From Fidelibacterota bacterium (GTDB lineage: Bacteria > Fidelibacterota > Fidelibacteria > Fidelibacterales > DSDE01), in the NCBI GenBank assembly GCA_046735395.1, contig JBJKQR010000047.1:1-64000 (forward strand): DNA of 64,000 nt, written 5' to 3'. This document shows, in pieces, positions 37,850 to 47,736 of this stretch. Each line of letters begins with the position of its first letter. The stretch's first letter is position 1. Under the pieces are notes generated by a model, which was not told the origin of the DNA, did not search any database, and worked only from the letters and a program-made list of their open reading frames with translations. Made by a program: the position numbers and the translations under genes.

Positions 37850-39346
37850 TCAGTGTCTCCCTGCTTCGTCGGCGATATAAGCCGGAGACAGTGGACTTTC
37901 GATCCAGGCGGCATTCACAGCGCTGATTCTCAGCCACTTCCCCTGTAGACCGGAATCGGGTATTTCCCAGTCACCCTGATCAGAATTGCCGATGGCAACC
38001 AGATTGCCCACGTCGCTGCTGTCATGGTCGGAGGCATAGAGGCAGAGACGGTGCACTCCCTCGTCCGAATATTCCAGATGCAGAGTCAGGGTTCCGTTTG
38101 GCCTCGTTGACATTTCCGTGATAACGGGTGCCTGCTTCAGGCTGTCTATATCCTTCCAGGGCATGGGCGGCAGTTTGGCCGGATGCCGGTAGAAGCGATC
38201 CCGGATTTCATTATAATGGGGCATGACGCTGCGTGAATCAAAGAAGACCATTCCGGCCGCCTTATCCCAGCGCAGGGCTTCGATTTCATTCATGATCTCA
38301 GTGGGATTGTAATCCTGCCTGCGGGTATTGTAGCGATAGGAGCCGATACCCGGGAAGACGTAGCGATCGAAGGTGTAGAGCTTTTCCCATTCTCGGACCC
38401 GTTTCAGGAAAGGGTGCAGGCGGTGGGACAGAGGCCAGTAGAGCATGGGCGCGACGAAATCGATTTTTCCCGTTTCCGCCCAGCGTGCAGCATCCTGATA
38501 AACGGCTCCGTACCCGTTCCAGCCGCCGTTGATATGGCTGCCGATGACCGCGGCGCTGACGATCAGGCCCGGATGACGGTGCTTCATGGTGTTGTACATT
38601 TTCGTAACGAAATTATTCATCTGCTGTCGCTGCCAGTCGCTCCAGTCCAGTTCGTCCGGATTGCCTTCCCTGGAATTGAAGCGCTTGACGGAAATGGGAT
38701 CATGCGAATAACCCTGCGCTTCGGTTCCGTCCGGATAGCGGATATAATCAAAGTGCAGGCCATCAATATCATAGCGGGAGGCGATGTCGTCGGCCAGGCG
38801 GATCAGGTAATCGTGAACGGCCGGAACACCGGGTGAGAAGGCGACATAGTGGTCGGAGCGTTCCATGGGCTGACCTTCGCGGTCGCAGACAAGCCAGTCC
38901 GGATGAGCCAGATAGGGGGAGAGCGGAGTGGTGGTCGGGGGCATTTTTTTACCTCTCCAGACAGGAAAGGTATTCATCCAGGCATAGAGCTCCATGCCGC
39001 GGGCATGGGCACAGTCTATGGCGTAAGCCAGGGGATCCCAGCCCGGATCTTCTCCCAGGGTGCCGGTGAGCAGAGAGCCCCAGGGTTCGATGTCCGACTT
39101 ATAATAGGCATCTCCGTTACCGCGCACCTGAAAGATGACCATGTTGAAATTCGCATCGGCGGCGGCATCGATGGTTGTTTTGATATAGCTGCGGATACTG
39201 TCCTGGTTGTGCTCAAATTCGGGGGCACAGTATTCAAAACGATGAAACCAGATGGCCCGGCCTTCTGCCTTGGGTTCCGGTACCTGTCTGAGACAGCCGG
39301 AAAGGGCCAGAGCTGCCAGTATCAGGGGTAATAAACGTCGGTTCAT
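37850..39346 (-). CDS. Glycoside hydrolase-like 10 (DUF187, DigH/YddW-like) lipoprotein
   Basis: Lipobox LSGC, RAIW, FQVRGNGDAYY, WDPL, YDIDGLHFDYIRYP and DFVAPMLY motifs. Confidence 0.87.
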   Translation of the reverse strand: MNRRLLPLILAALALSGCLRQVPEPKAEGRAIWFHRFEYCAPEFEHNQDSIRSYIKTTIDAAADANFNMVIFQVRGNGDAYYKSDIEPWGSLLTGTLGEDPGWDPLAYAIDCAHARGMELYAWMNTFPVWRGKKMPPTTTPLSPYLAHPDWLVCDREGQPMERSDHYVAFSPGVPAVHDYLIRLADDIASRYDIDGLHFDYIRYPDGTEAQGYSHDPISVKRFNSREGNPDELDWSDWQRQQMNNFVTKMYNTMKHRHPGLIVSAAVIGSHINGGWNGYGAVYQDAARWAETGKIDFVAPMLYWPLSHRLHPFLKRVREWEKLYTFDRYVFPGIGSYRYNTRRQDYNPTEIMNEIEALRWDKAAGMVFFDSRSVMPHYNEIRDRFYRHPAKLPPMPWKDIDSLKQAPVITEMSTRPNGTLTLHLEYSDEGVHRLCLYASDHDSSDVGNLVAIGNSDQGDWEIPDSGLQGKWLRISAVNAAWIESPLSPAYIADEAGRH

Positions 39347-39421
39347 GATGGCTAAGTCCTTTACAATTGTTTTATTATTACGTATTTATATCCTGTAGAA
39401 TGTATTAATGATAATACTGAT

Positions 39422-39850
39422 TTATAAACCGGTTGAACCGAAGCCACCCTGGCCGCGGTCAGATGTATTCAGGGATTCCGCCTCAACAATTGCCGGATGT
39501 CGGGGAATCTGAAAAATGAGCTGAGCGACGCGGTCACCTTTTTTAAAGGGAAAATCACTCTCGCTGAAATTAGCGAGGATGACGCCGATTTCGTTCCGGT
39601 ATCCGGCATCGATGGTTCCGGGTGCGTTCAGGCAGAAAATCCCGTGCTTGAGGGCGAGTCCGCTGCGGGACCGAACCTGAATTTCCAGTTCATCCGGCAG
39701 TTCGGCGGCGAGGCCGGTTTTGACGAGGGTCCATTTGCCTGCGGGAACGACACCGTCCTCCACGGCCATGACATCATACCCGGCGTCATAGCTGTGCTGT
39801 TGCTGAGGAAGCCGGGCGTCGGGATGGAGCTTTTTGAATTTGACCTGCAT
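39422..39850 (-). CDS. dut: dUTP diphosphatase
   Basis: All five dUTPase motifs: AGYD, RSGLA, GTIDAGYR, DRVAQL and RGQGGFGSTG. Confidence 0.97.
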   Translation of the reverse strand: MQVKFKKLHPDARLPQQQHSYDAGYDVMAVEDGVVPAGKWTLVKTGLAAELPDELEIQVRSRSGLALKHGIFCLNAPGTIDAGYRNEIGVILANFSESDFPFKKGDRVAQLIFQIPRHPAIVEAESLNTSDRGQGGFGSTGL

Positions 39851-39871
39851 GATAAATTAATTCCTATGGAT

Positions 39872-39903
39872 AAAATAAAATACCCATCATGAGGATGATG
39901 GGT
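39872..39903 (-). terminator. Intrinsic terminator after the RNR genes
   Basis: Perfect 9-bp hairpin ACCCATCAT-N4-ATGATGGGT followed by ATTTTATTTT on the minus strand. Confidence 0.7.
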
Positions 39904-39935
39904 GGTGAAAGCTGAACAATGGATAAAGGGTCACG

Positions 39936-40610
39936 TTACTTGTCACATTTGGTATATCCGCACTGAACACAGAAATCGCAGCCATTTTCCGTCTTCAGCG
40001 CCTTGGCGTTGCACTCGGGACAGATTTTAAAATTGGCGTTGACGTCGGGCCGGGTGGCCTTTGCAGCGGCTGGTTCTGGGGCAGTTTTCGGTGTGGTATT
40101 GATGGGAATGTGTATCTGTTCACCATCCTTTGCCGGAGCCGTGATTCCTTCCTCACGGAAAAAACGTTCGATGACATCGGCCACTTCAGCATAGAAACTG
40201 TGAACATATTTTCCATTCTTGAAGAACCCGCCGTTGGGATCGTAAATGCTGCGGAGCTCCTCAAGAATGAAATGAGAATCATTTGTCTTGCGGAAAATTG
40301 CAGAAATGAGACGGGTAAGGACTGCGTACTCGGCAGACCGGGTCAGGTCCTTCGAATTGAGGAAGATTTCCACCGGGCGCTTTTTTCCGTTTTCATAAAT
40401 ATAGCTCAGTGTAATATAGACTGAAAATTTCACGAAGGGGCTCTTGACCTTATAGACCTTTGCTTCCACCACTTCCGGCCGGGCAACCGTATTGGACGCA
40501 TAGCGAATTTCGACGGCCCGGTTCAGTGTATCCGGATCGATATGATCCACGTTCAGATCTTCCTTTGCCTCCATCTCCTGGAGTTTGTAATCACTGTCGA
40601 GTGTTATCAT
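39936..40610 (-). CDS. Class II RNR C-terminal subunit (NrdJb-like; TSCPD-like domain plus Cys-rich tail)
   Basis: RPEVV, VYITL...PVEIFLNS, TRLISAIFR, EELRSI and tail CPEC...ENGCDFCVQCGYTKC. SD GAGG before ATG 40610. Confidence 0.8.
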   Translation of the reverse strand: MITLDSDYKLQEMEAKEDLNVDHIDPDTLNRAVEIRYASNTVARPEVVEAKVYKVKSPFVKFSVYITLSYIYENGKKRPVEIFLNSKDLTRSAEYAVLTRLISAIFRKTNDSHFILEELRSIYDPNGGFFKNGKYVHSFYAEVADVIERFFREEGITAPAKDGEQIHIPINTTPKTAPEPAAAKATRPDVNANFKICPECNAKALKTENGCDFCVQCGYTKCDK

Positions 40611-43125
40611 GGAGCTCAACCTCTGCAATTATGTCGTTTTCAGCCAAATTATCATTCCCGGAATTCAGGAGATGGTAGGGTGTGGTCAGTTCGCCGTCCG
40701 GGAGACGAAGAACTTCATCACCAAAAAATTCCATACTGTCACCATTGGGGAGGTTCATGCGGAATTTTTTCTTCTTGAAAATCTGAAAATCACTTTTCTG
40801 AGAATCGGTGGTAAGAATGGGGAAGCGGCTTCCGTCGCGGTAAATGGTGACGCCCTTGAGACCCTGTTCCCAGCCCTTGAGATAAATGTCGGAAATGACC
40901 TCCGGCTTCACATCCTCGGGGAGGTTGATGGTGGATGAAATACTGTGATCCACGTAGGTCTGGCAGGCGGACTGTACCCGGATCCGCGTTTTGCTTTCGA
41001 TATGGTGGGCGGTGCGGAAGAAGTAGGTCGGCAGAAATTCCTGCAGGCCGTCTTCCGATTCGATATTCACTACCTTTTCATTCAGTTCCATCTGATCGAT
41101 ATAGGCCTGAACCGTAGGATGGAATATCTTAAAGAACTGATTGTTGAAGGATTCGGCCCGTCGTTTATAGAACAGCGCGAAAATCGGTTCGATGCCGCTG
41201 CTGACTCCGATATAATTCTTTCCGTAGAGTTCGTAACCCTTGATGATATTGCTGATGGAACCGGTGGGGGCGATGGAGGTAATGGCGATATTCCGCAGGC
41301 CGTGGGTCCGGATGTGTTCGCGGGTTTCCTTGCTGAGCGTTTCTCTGAAAAAGGGGCCTTTGGAATAGGCATTGTAATCGAAGATCCCGGAAGGCGACTT
41401 CTCCTTGGCCAGCATGGACGATGCGAGATAGGCGTTATCATTGATAAACTTCATGATATCACGCAGAGTGGCCACACCTTCGTCCGAATCATAGGCCATC
41501 CCCAGCTGCAGGAGCATGTCGGATATTCCCATGATGCCCAGGCCGAGCCGGCGGGTCTCGTTGGCCGAGTCGCGCTGTTTTTCCAGCGGGTTCAGAAGTT
41601 CGTTCCAGGAGACGACATTATCGAGGAAACGGACCAGGTTCCAGGTGGCCTGTTTCATCTCATCCCAGCGGATGGCGGCCTTGTCGCTGAAACTGTCGCT
41701 GACGAAGCGGCTCAGATTTATGGATCCGAGATTGCAGGCGCCTCCGGCTTCGAGCGGGACCTCCGCGCAGGGGTTGGTGGAGATAATGGGGCGGCCCACA
41801 TAATTGCTGGGGGAATAGTCGGACATTTTGGTCCAGAAGATGAGTCCCGGTTCCGCCGCCTTGTAATTGCTTTCGATGAAGCTGTCCCATACTTCCCGCG
41901 CCTTGATGAGCCGGCGGATTTCCTTCGTTGGCCTGGAGGCGAAATAGAGCAGGAAATCACCGCTGAAATGGACTGCCAGCTCCGATTTCTTATCCTCAGT
42001 TTCGATGAGGTAATCGCCGTACACATCGCGCTTGTAGGTATTTTTCAGATCGGCTTCGGAGACGGTCTTGCCGTGTTCCTCCTGCAGCCACCGGGCAAAC
42101 TGACTGTGATTTTCGAAACTGTCGACGAATTCGTATTCATTCAGTTTTTTACTGGGAATACCGAGCGAGTAGTAATGGCCTTCATCCTGGTAGGCTGTCA
42201 TGAGACGGCGTTTATGGGTCTTGCGGTAGACGAGAATGCGCTGCCGTCCGTATTCCTTTTCCTCACGGACCGCATTCATGAATTCGTCCGAAACCTTGAC
42301 GGAAATGTTTGCAAAGCGGACCTGAGTGTTTTCCACAACCTGGCGCTGAATTTCCTTGATCTGTTCCTCGTTGAATTTACCGGTCCAGCGGCACTGTTCG
42401 ACGATCTGCCGGGTTACCCAGTTGGGCGTCTTTTTCACACTCAGAAAATTGAAGATATCGGGATGTTTTACATCGAGAGTGAGCATGAGTGCGCCTCTGC
42501 GGCCGCTCTGGCCGATGAGGCCGGTAGTCTGGGAATAGAGCTCCATGAAGCTCACCGCGCCGGAACTGGTGTCGGCTGCGTTGTGAACGACGGATTTTTC
42601 CGGACGGAGCGGGGTGATATCCACACCGACGCCGCCGCCATAACTGTAGGTGCGCGCGCATTCACGGGCCGCTTTATATATGGATTCGATATCGTCGTCA
42701 GCGATTTCTGCCACGAAACAGTTTGCCAGGGTCTTCAGGCGGTACAGGTCACCGGCTCCGGCGAGTACCCGGCCTCCGGCAATCCAGTGACCGGCGTAGA
42801 GGTCCCGGTAAAAGTCTTCGGCAACCTGTTTCTGTTTCTGCCGATTCGGCTCCATGGATGCCATGAAGGCGGATATGCGGGAAAAGACATCTTCCGGGCG
42901 CTCTTCCATGGGCGTTCCCTCGAGATCCTTCAGGAAATATTTCTTTTTATAAATATTTTCAGCCAATTCATTCTGTCCCAGATAATTCTCATGGGTAGGC
43001 AGTTCATCCTTGTCAATTTTGTCCTGAAGATATTCATAGACTTTCTGAAAGGCCTCAATCCTGGCTTCGCCAACTTTTTTTACCAGCTTGCCATCAAATT
43101 CGAACATTTTTTGAATCGGCATCAA
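40591..43125 (-). CDS. nrdJ: Adenosylcobalamin-dependent (class II) ribonucleotide reductase, catalytic subunit
   Basis: TLANCFV, GGGVG, GRRGALM, EPG, TNPCAEVPL, ACNLGS, RRLGLG, IAPTGS, SISSTINL and KGVTIYRDGSR motifs. No ATP cone and no adjacent beta-subunit gene. Confidence 0.92.
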   Translation of the reverse strand: MMPIQKMFEFDGKLVKKVGEARIEAFQKVYEYLQDKIDKDELPTHENYLGQNELAENIYKKKYFLKDLEGTPMEERPEDVFSRISAFMASMEPNRQKQKQVAEDFYRDLYAGHWIAGGRVLAGAGDLYRLKTLANCFVAEIADDDIESIYKAARECARTYSYGGGVGVDITPLRPEKSVVHNAADTSSGAVSFMELYSQTTGLIGQSGRRGALMLTLDVKHPDIFNFLSVKKTPNWVTRQIVEQCRWTGKFNEEQIKEIQRQVVENTQVRFANISVKVSDEFMNAVREEKEYGRQRILVYRKTHKRRLMTAYQDEGHYYSLGIPSKKLNEYEFVDSFENHSQFARWLQEEHGKTVSEADLKNTYKRDVYGDYLIETEDKKSELAVHFSGDFLLYFASRPTKEIRRLIKAREVWDSFIESNYKAAEPGLIFWTKMSDYSPSNYVGRPIISTNPCAEVPLEAGGACNLGSINLSRFVSDSFSDKAAIRWDEMKQATWNLVRFLDNVVSWNELLNPLEKQRDSANETRRLGLGIMGISDMLLQLGMAYDSDEGVATLRDIMKFINDNAYLASSMLAKEKSPSGIFDYNAYSKGPFFRETLSKETREHIRTHGLRNIAITSIAPTGSISNIIKGYELYGKNYIGVSSGIEPIFALFYKRRAESFNNQFFKIFHPTVQAYIDQMELNEKVVNIESEDGLQEFLPTYFFRTAHHIESKTRIRVQSACQTYVDHSISSTINLPEDVKPEVISDIYLKGWEQGLKGVTIYRDGSRFPILTTDSQKSDFQIFKKKKFRMNLPNGDSMEFFGDEVLRLPDGELTTPYHLLNSGNDNLAENDIIAEVELHDNTRQ

Positions 43126-43168
43126 GCTTTAAACTCCTTCATTCCTATGTCTGCATTCCTTTCAAAAT

Positions 43169-43216
43169 ATACTACATGTTGTAGTCTGATTAGACAAAAC
43201 ATACTACATATTCTTT
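43169..43216. promoter_or_regulatory. Tandem NrdR boxes
   Basis: ATACTACATGTTGTAG (43169-43184) and ATACTACATATTCTTT (43201-43216) resemble the NrdR consensus acaCwAtATaTwGtgt. They are 32 bp apart and directly upstream of nrdJ. Confidence 0.85.
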
Positions 43217-43377
43217 ATAGGGGCAAGATTAAATTATTAAAAAAAACAAAAAAAGAGTTAGGTGATGTAACAAAGTGAAACACTGTAACTTAGGGCTGAC
43301 AGCCCAAAAAAATGTTCCTTGCGAAAAGAGATACAGGTCCGTAATTTTGCCCGCAGACAAAGCGGAGAAATTCTGAC

Positions 43378-43920
43378 ATGAGCCTCGGATACGAAAGATG
43401 GGTGAAACGCTTGAAAAAGGCGCGGATGATTCTGCAGTATGAACAGGCGGTCACCTGGCATGAAATTCTGAAGGGAGCCAAGCGCTATTTGGTGACGCTT
43501 CCGGACCATGAACGGAATATTTCGGTGGTCAATCATTACCTGAATGTGGTGGCACGTCAGAACCCCCAGGTTAATCTTTCGCTCGTTGTCCCCCCGCGCT
43601 TTACCCACCTCTTCAGCAACAATCCCGTTTTTGCCCAGATCTTCGAATATCCTGAACTTCGGAATAAGACGCGCTTTCCCATCAACGAGGAACAGGTTAG
43701 TCATATTCCCCGGATATTTGATGTGGCGCTGGATCTCAATCATACTCCCTATATATTGAGCCATTATATTACAGCAACCCGCGCGACCCGTCTCAGCGCC
43801 GGATTCTATAACAGCTACAGCAGCGAACTCTTTGTTCACAGCGTCCAGATTCATTCCGACAGCGATTATGAAAAAGGCGTGAAATCCCTGTTGAAAATGG
43901 GCGGGCTGCTCAACTTCTGA
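43378..43920 (+). CDS. Hypothetical protein
   Basis: 180 aa ORF with SD GGAG. FDVALDLN...LSAG resembles GT9 N-terminal-like small proteins. Confidence 0.65.
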   Translation: MSLGYERWVKRLKKARMILQYEQAVTWHEILKGAKRYLVTLPDHERNISVVNHYLNVVARQNPQVNLSLVVPPRFTHLFSNNPVFAQIFEYPELRNKTRFPINEEQVSHIPRIFDVALDLNHTPYILSHYITATRATRLSAGFYNSYSSELFVHSVQIHSDSDYEKGVKSLLKMGGLLNF

Positions 43921-43933
43921 AACACGATAGCCG

Positions 43934-45145
43934 ATGCAGATAATTTTATATGAAACACATAGCCACGACAGTTTTGCACCTCTGAACCGACTTATTCCCG
44001 TAGCCGAACTGCGCTGCGGAGTATTCAGTTTTTACGAACGCATGGAACGGCATATGCCGGACAGTGAGATTTTACTGGCCCTTCCGTCTGACCGCGCGAT
44101 ACTGGGACAGACACACTATGCGGTGTTCAAGGAAAATTCTCAGCTGCCGGAATATCCGGCCTTTGTCAATGCTTCATCACTGATACGCCGGCATCTTCTG
44201 GACCAGCTGCAGGCCAGGGAGACGGGGATCTGGATGCATCGGAACCGTATTGTCATGGCCAGACTGGACCGGGACAGCGCCCGGACCTGGGCCGCTGCGG
44301 AGTTTGCCGATGATTTTCCCTTTTCTCCTGACATTCCCCGGCTTCAGACCGACAGGAGTATTCTGAGTTATGGCTGGGAGCTGCTTCAATGCAATATGGA
44401 TCAGATGGCCGAAGATTTTACGCTGCTGTCCGGTTTCAGCGAAGCAGGTGAAACCCTTCCGGCCGGAACCTTTCAGACCGGCGGCAATCCGGTTTTACTC
44501 CGGAATCCCGAACTGGTCGCGCCGGGGGTCATATTTGATACGCAGAAAGGCGCGATTGTGCTTGAGGAAAATGTACGGATCGGCGCCGGTTCCGTGCTGC
44601 AGGGCCCGATGCTCATGAAGGAAAACAGCGAATGCGCGCCGAGATCCGTGCTGAGAGCGGGAACCCATATCGGGCCGCAGTGCAAGGTGGGCGGAGAAAT
44701 TTCCAACAGCCTGATCCAGGGATTCAGCAACAAGAGTCATGACGGATTTCTCGGAGATTCATATATCGGAAGCTGGTGCAATTTCGGCGCCGGAACCCAG
44801 GTCAGTAATCTGAAAAATAATTACAGTACTGTCAAGGTCTGGAACCAGGGCGGGTATGTCGATACGGGCCTTCAGTTTCAGGGACTGATTATGGGAGATT
44901 ACAGCAGGACGGCGATCGGAACACGCTTCAATACGGGAACGGTGGTGGATGTGGGGGCAAATGTCTTTTGCCCGGATTTCCCGCCACGCTATGTCGCTCC
45001 CTTTGCGTGGGGCGGTGATAACCCGGACATGCGCAGTGATTTTTCGAAATTCCTGACGACCGCCCGTGCCATTATGGAACGGCGCGGACAGACTCTGGAT
45101 GCGGTCCGGGAGGAAATTCTGACCACCCTGTATTCGGGTTTTTGA
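43934..45145 (+). CDS. GlmU-related putative sugar nucleotidyltransferase/acyltransferase with hexapeptide repeats
   Basis: FAPL...ELRCG, CKVGGEISNS, SNKSHDGFLGDSYIGSWCNFGAGT and SNLKNNY motifs. Confidence 0.85.
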   Translation: MQIILYETHSHDSFAPLNRLIPVAELRCGVFSFYERMERHMPDSEILLALPSDRAILGQTHYAVFKENSQLPEYPAFVNASSLIRRHLLDQLQARETGIWMHRNRIVMARLDRDSARTWAAAEFADDFPFSPDIPRLQTDRSILSYGWELLQCNMDQMAEDFTLLSGFSEAGETLPAGTFQTGGNPVLLRNPELVAPGVIFDTQKGAIVLEENVRIGAGSVLQGPMLMKENSECAPRSVLRAGTHIGPQCKVGGEISNSLIQGFSNKSHDGFLGDSYIGSWCNFGAGTQVSNLKNNYSTVKVWNQGGYVDTGLQFQGLIMGDYSRTAIGTRFNTGTVVDVGANVFCPDFPPRYVAPFAWGGDNPDMRSDFSKFLTTARAIMERRGQTLDAVREEILTTLYSGF

Positions 45146-45225
45146 ACTTTTGTTTTTTTCCTGATAAAAAGAATTGCTAATAAGTATCGTGGTCATTATA
45201 TTCGTGACCGCAATTTGGAGAGGAC

Positions 45226-45633
45226 ATGGAAAACTATTTTAACGAGATTTTATGCCCCAACTGTGACGAGCCGTTGGACGAGCGACGACTTCAGGAAAAC
45301 TTGGTTTGCCCGAACTGCAAGGTGAATCTGAAAAGCGCCAAGTTTAAGGATTTTCTGGAATATCTCATTGCCCAGGGCATTGTCGAAAATATTGATTTTT
45401 TCGATGCGAAACTTTACGGCGAGGATTTTCTCAGATACGAAACCAGTGAACTGGACGAACAGGATATTGTTGATACGGAGAATCCCAAGGATCCCACCGG
45501 GATGAAGAGCGGCAATATCCTATCCGTTGAGGAGGAATTCATCAAGGAGATCGAAGAGAACGAAGAAAGCGTCGAAGATGATTATTCGGTTTTCGATCCT
45601 GAAGACGGCATGGATGATGATGATGACATGTAA
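45226..45633 (+). CDS. Hypothetical C4 zinc-finger protein with highly acidic C-terminus
   Basis: CPNC-x14-CPNC and a D/E-rich tail. SD GGAGAGG. Confidence 0.75.
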   Translation: MENYFNEILCPNCDEPLDERRLQENLVCPNCKVNLKSAKFKDFLEYLIAQGIVENIDFFDAKLYGEDFLRYETSELDEQDIVDTENPKDPTGMKSGNILSVEEEFIKEIEENEESVEDDYSVFDPEDGMDDDDDM

Positions 45634-45648
45634 ATGAGGGAGTGAATC

Positions 45649-45963
45649 ATGGATGAAGCAAAGGAACACAAGCTGGAGATCAATCTTCCCGAGGCGAAGG
45701 CCGGCGGCGACTATTCAAATCTGGCCGTCGTGACCCACAGCCCCAGTGAATTTGTTCTTGATTTCTGTCAGATGATGCCCGGAACACCCAAGGCGAATGT
45801 GGTTTCCCGCATCATTCTGAATCCAATGCATGCAAAGGCCCTTTTCAGAACGCTGGGTGCAAATATCGAGCGCTTTGAGGCAACCTTCGGGGAAATCCGC
45901 GAGTTAGCTCCGCCACCCCAGGCTGCTGTTTCCCTCAATCAGAAAAAGAAACTTCCCAATTAA
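45649..45963 (+). CDS. DUF3467 domain protein
   Basis: YSNLAVVTHSPSEFVLDF, VVSRIILNPMHAK and FE..FGEI motifs. Confidence 0.9.
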   Translation: MDEAKEHKLEINLPEAKAGGDYSNLAVVTHSPSEFVLDFCQMMPGTPKANVVSRIILNPMHAKALFRTLGANIERFEATFGEIRELAPPPQAAVSLNQKKKLPN

Positions 45964-45981
45964 TTAAAACCCCTTCGGATT

Positions 45982-47724
45982 TCAGCTGAAACTGTCCGGG
46001 TCGTCTCCGCTGCCGCGGGGGCGCCCCTTTTTATTTTTATGCCAGAATAACAGATTCATCTGTGCCCGTTTTTCCTCAGGGCTGCGGGCTGTCTGAACCT
46101 TCTCACCGGTGAGCGGATGGAATCCGGTATAATACATGGCTGTGGACAGCGTCATCGGAGTGGGATAGAAATCGGCGGCCTGCTGCAGTTTCTGGCCGCG
46201 TTTCTGCAGGAAATCCCTCACTTTTTTCATGGATTCCATCGTGGACCCCGGGTGTCCGCTGATAAAATAGGGAACCAGGTACTGCTGTTTCCCGGCCTGC
46301 TCCGATTTTTTCCTGAACAGGATTTCAAATTCCTCATAGATTTCCGGACCCGGCTTCTGCATGATCCGCGTTACGTCCGGATCCACATGCTCCGGGGCGA
46401 TCTTCATATGGCCCCCGGTATGTTTCCGGATGATTGCCGACGCGGCTTCGTCATTTTTCAGAAGCAGGTCATAGCGAAGGCCTGAAGCCACAAAAACATG
46501 ATTGATACCCTTCATGGAACGGATGGATTCGAGCATGCGGACGTAGTCTGACTGAGCCGCCACATCAAGATGGGAACAGACTTTGGGAAAAAGGCAGTTC
46601 ATGGTTTTGCAGCCACCGATGCGGCATTGCAGCCCGTACATATTTGCGCTGGGCCCGCCGATATCCGTGATGGTACCGTGGAAGCGCGGATGGGTGCTGA
46701 GCCGGGCTGCTTCCCGGCGGATGCTGTCCTGGGACCGGCTCTGTATCTGGGGGCCCTGATGCTCTGTAATCGCGCAGAAGCTGCAGTTGCCGAAACAGCC
46801 GCGATGACTGGTAATGGAGGCAAATATCTGTTCGAAGGCGGGAATCGATGATGACGCATAGCGGGGATGGGGTTCGTAGCTGTAGGGGAGATTGTAGAGA
46901 TTGTCCATCTCCGTTTCACTGAGCGGGGGCTGGGGTGCGTTGACAATGAGCCAGCGATTATCGTATTTCTGGGTAAGAGTGCGGGCGAAGCGAGGATTAC
47001 GGTTCCGGTAATTCATTGCCACCATGCGGCTGAATTCCGCCTTGTTCTCGGAAACTGCCTGAAAATCCGGCAACTCCAGGGCCTCCTCCGGCCGGGATGA
47101 ACTCATATGACAGAGTCCGGGAATGGAAAGACAATTTTCCCGGGATGAGTTTTCGGCCAGAGACCGGGCCAGAGCCACGACGCTTTTTTCCGCCATTCCG
47201 TAGATGAGAAAATCTGCCTTGCTGTCCGGCAGGATGCTGCGCCGCACCCGGTCATCCCAGTAATCGTAGTGGGCGATGCGCCGCAGGCTGGCTTCTATAC
47301 CGCCGAGAACGACGGGAATGTTCTTAAACAGACTTTTTATTTTTGAAGTATAGACGATGGAGGCGCGGTTGGGGCGCAGGCCGGCCTTCCCGTCCGGGCT
47401 GTAGGCATCCTGGTGGCGTTTTTTCCGGTTTACCGTGTAATGGGCCACCATGGAGTCAATATTGCCGGCGCTGATGCCGAAAAAGAGACGGGGCGCTCCC
47501 AGAGCCAGGAAATCCTCGTCCCGGCGCCAGTCCGGTTGTGGAATAATGCCGACGCGGAACCCTGCCGCCTCGAGGACGCGGCCGATGAGTGCCGTTCCGA
47601 AGGCGGGATGATCGATGTAGGCATCGCCGCTGACCAGAATAATGTCGCAGGCATCCCAGCCCAGGGCACTCATTTCCTCCCTGCTTGCAGGGAGGTGGGT
47701 TCCGGGCTTAGGGACGCTGCACAT
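45982..47724 (-). CDS. YgiQ (UPF0313) family radical SAM protein
   Basis: SGDAYIDHP, GGIEASLRR, RGCFGNCSFC, DIGGPSANMY, APEH and YFISGHPG motifs. Confidence 0.93.
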   Translation of the reverse strand: MCSVPKPGTHLPASREEMSALGWDACDIILVSGDAYIDHPAFGTALIGRVLEAAGFRVGIIPQPDWRRDEDFLALGAPRLFFGISAGNIDSMVAHYTVNRKKRHQDAYSPDGKAGLRPNRASIVYTSKIKSLFKNIPVVLGGIEASLRRIAHYDYWDDRVRRSILPDSKADFLIYGMAEKSVVALARSLAENSSRENCLSIPGLCHMSSSRPEEALELPDFQAVSENKAEFSRMVAMNYRNRNPRFARTLTQKYDNRWLIVNAPQPPLSETEMDNLYNLPYSYEPHPRYASSSIPAFEQIFASITSHRGCFGNCSFCAITEHQGPQIQSRSQDSIRREAARLSTHPRFHGTITDIGGPSANMYGLQCRIGGCKTMNCLFPKVCSHLDVAAQSDYVRMLESIRSMKGINHVFVASGLRYDLLLKNDEAASAIIRKHTGGHMKIAPEHVDPDVTRIMQKPGPEIYEEFEILFRKKSEQAGKQQYLVPYFISGHPGSTMESMKKVRDFLQKRGQKLQQAADFYPTPMTLSTAMYYTGFHPLTGEKVQTARSPEEKRAQMNLLFWHKNKKGRPRGSGDDPDSFS

Positions 47725-47736
47725 GTAGGGAGTTTA

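Noticed and set aside
41959..42267. Possible intein in the RNR
   Set aside because: No intein terminal residues or homing-endonuclease motifs; kept as a plain insertion.
40945..43278. 777-aa plus-strand ORF
   Set aside because: Almost entirely antisense to nrdJ with no recognisable motifs; best explained as a codon-bias shadow.
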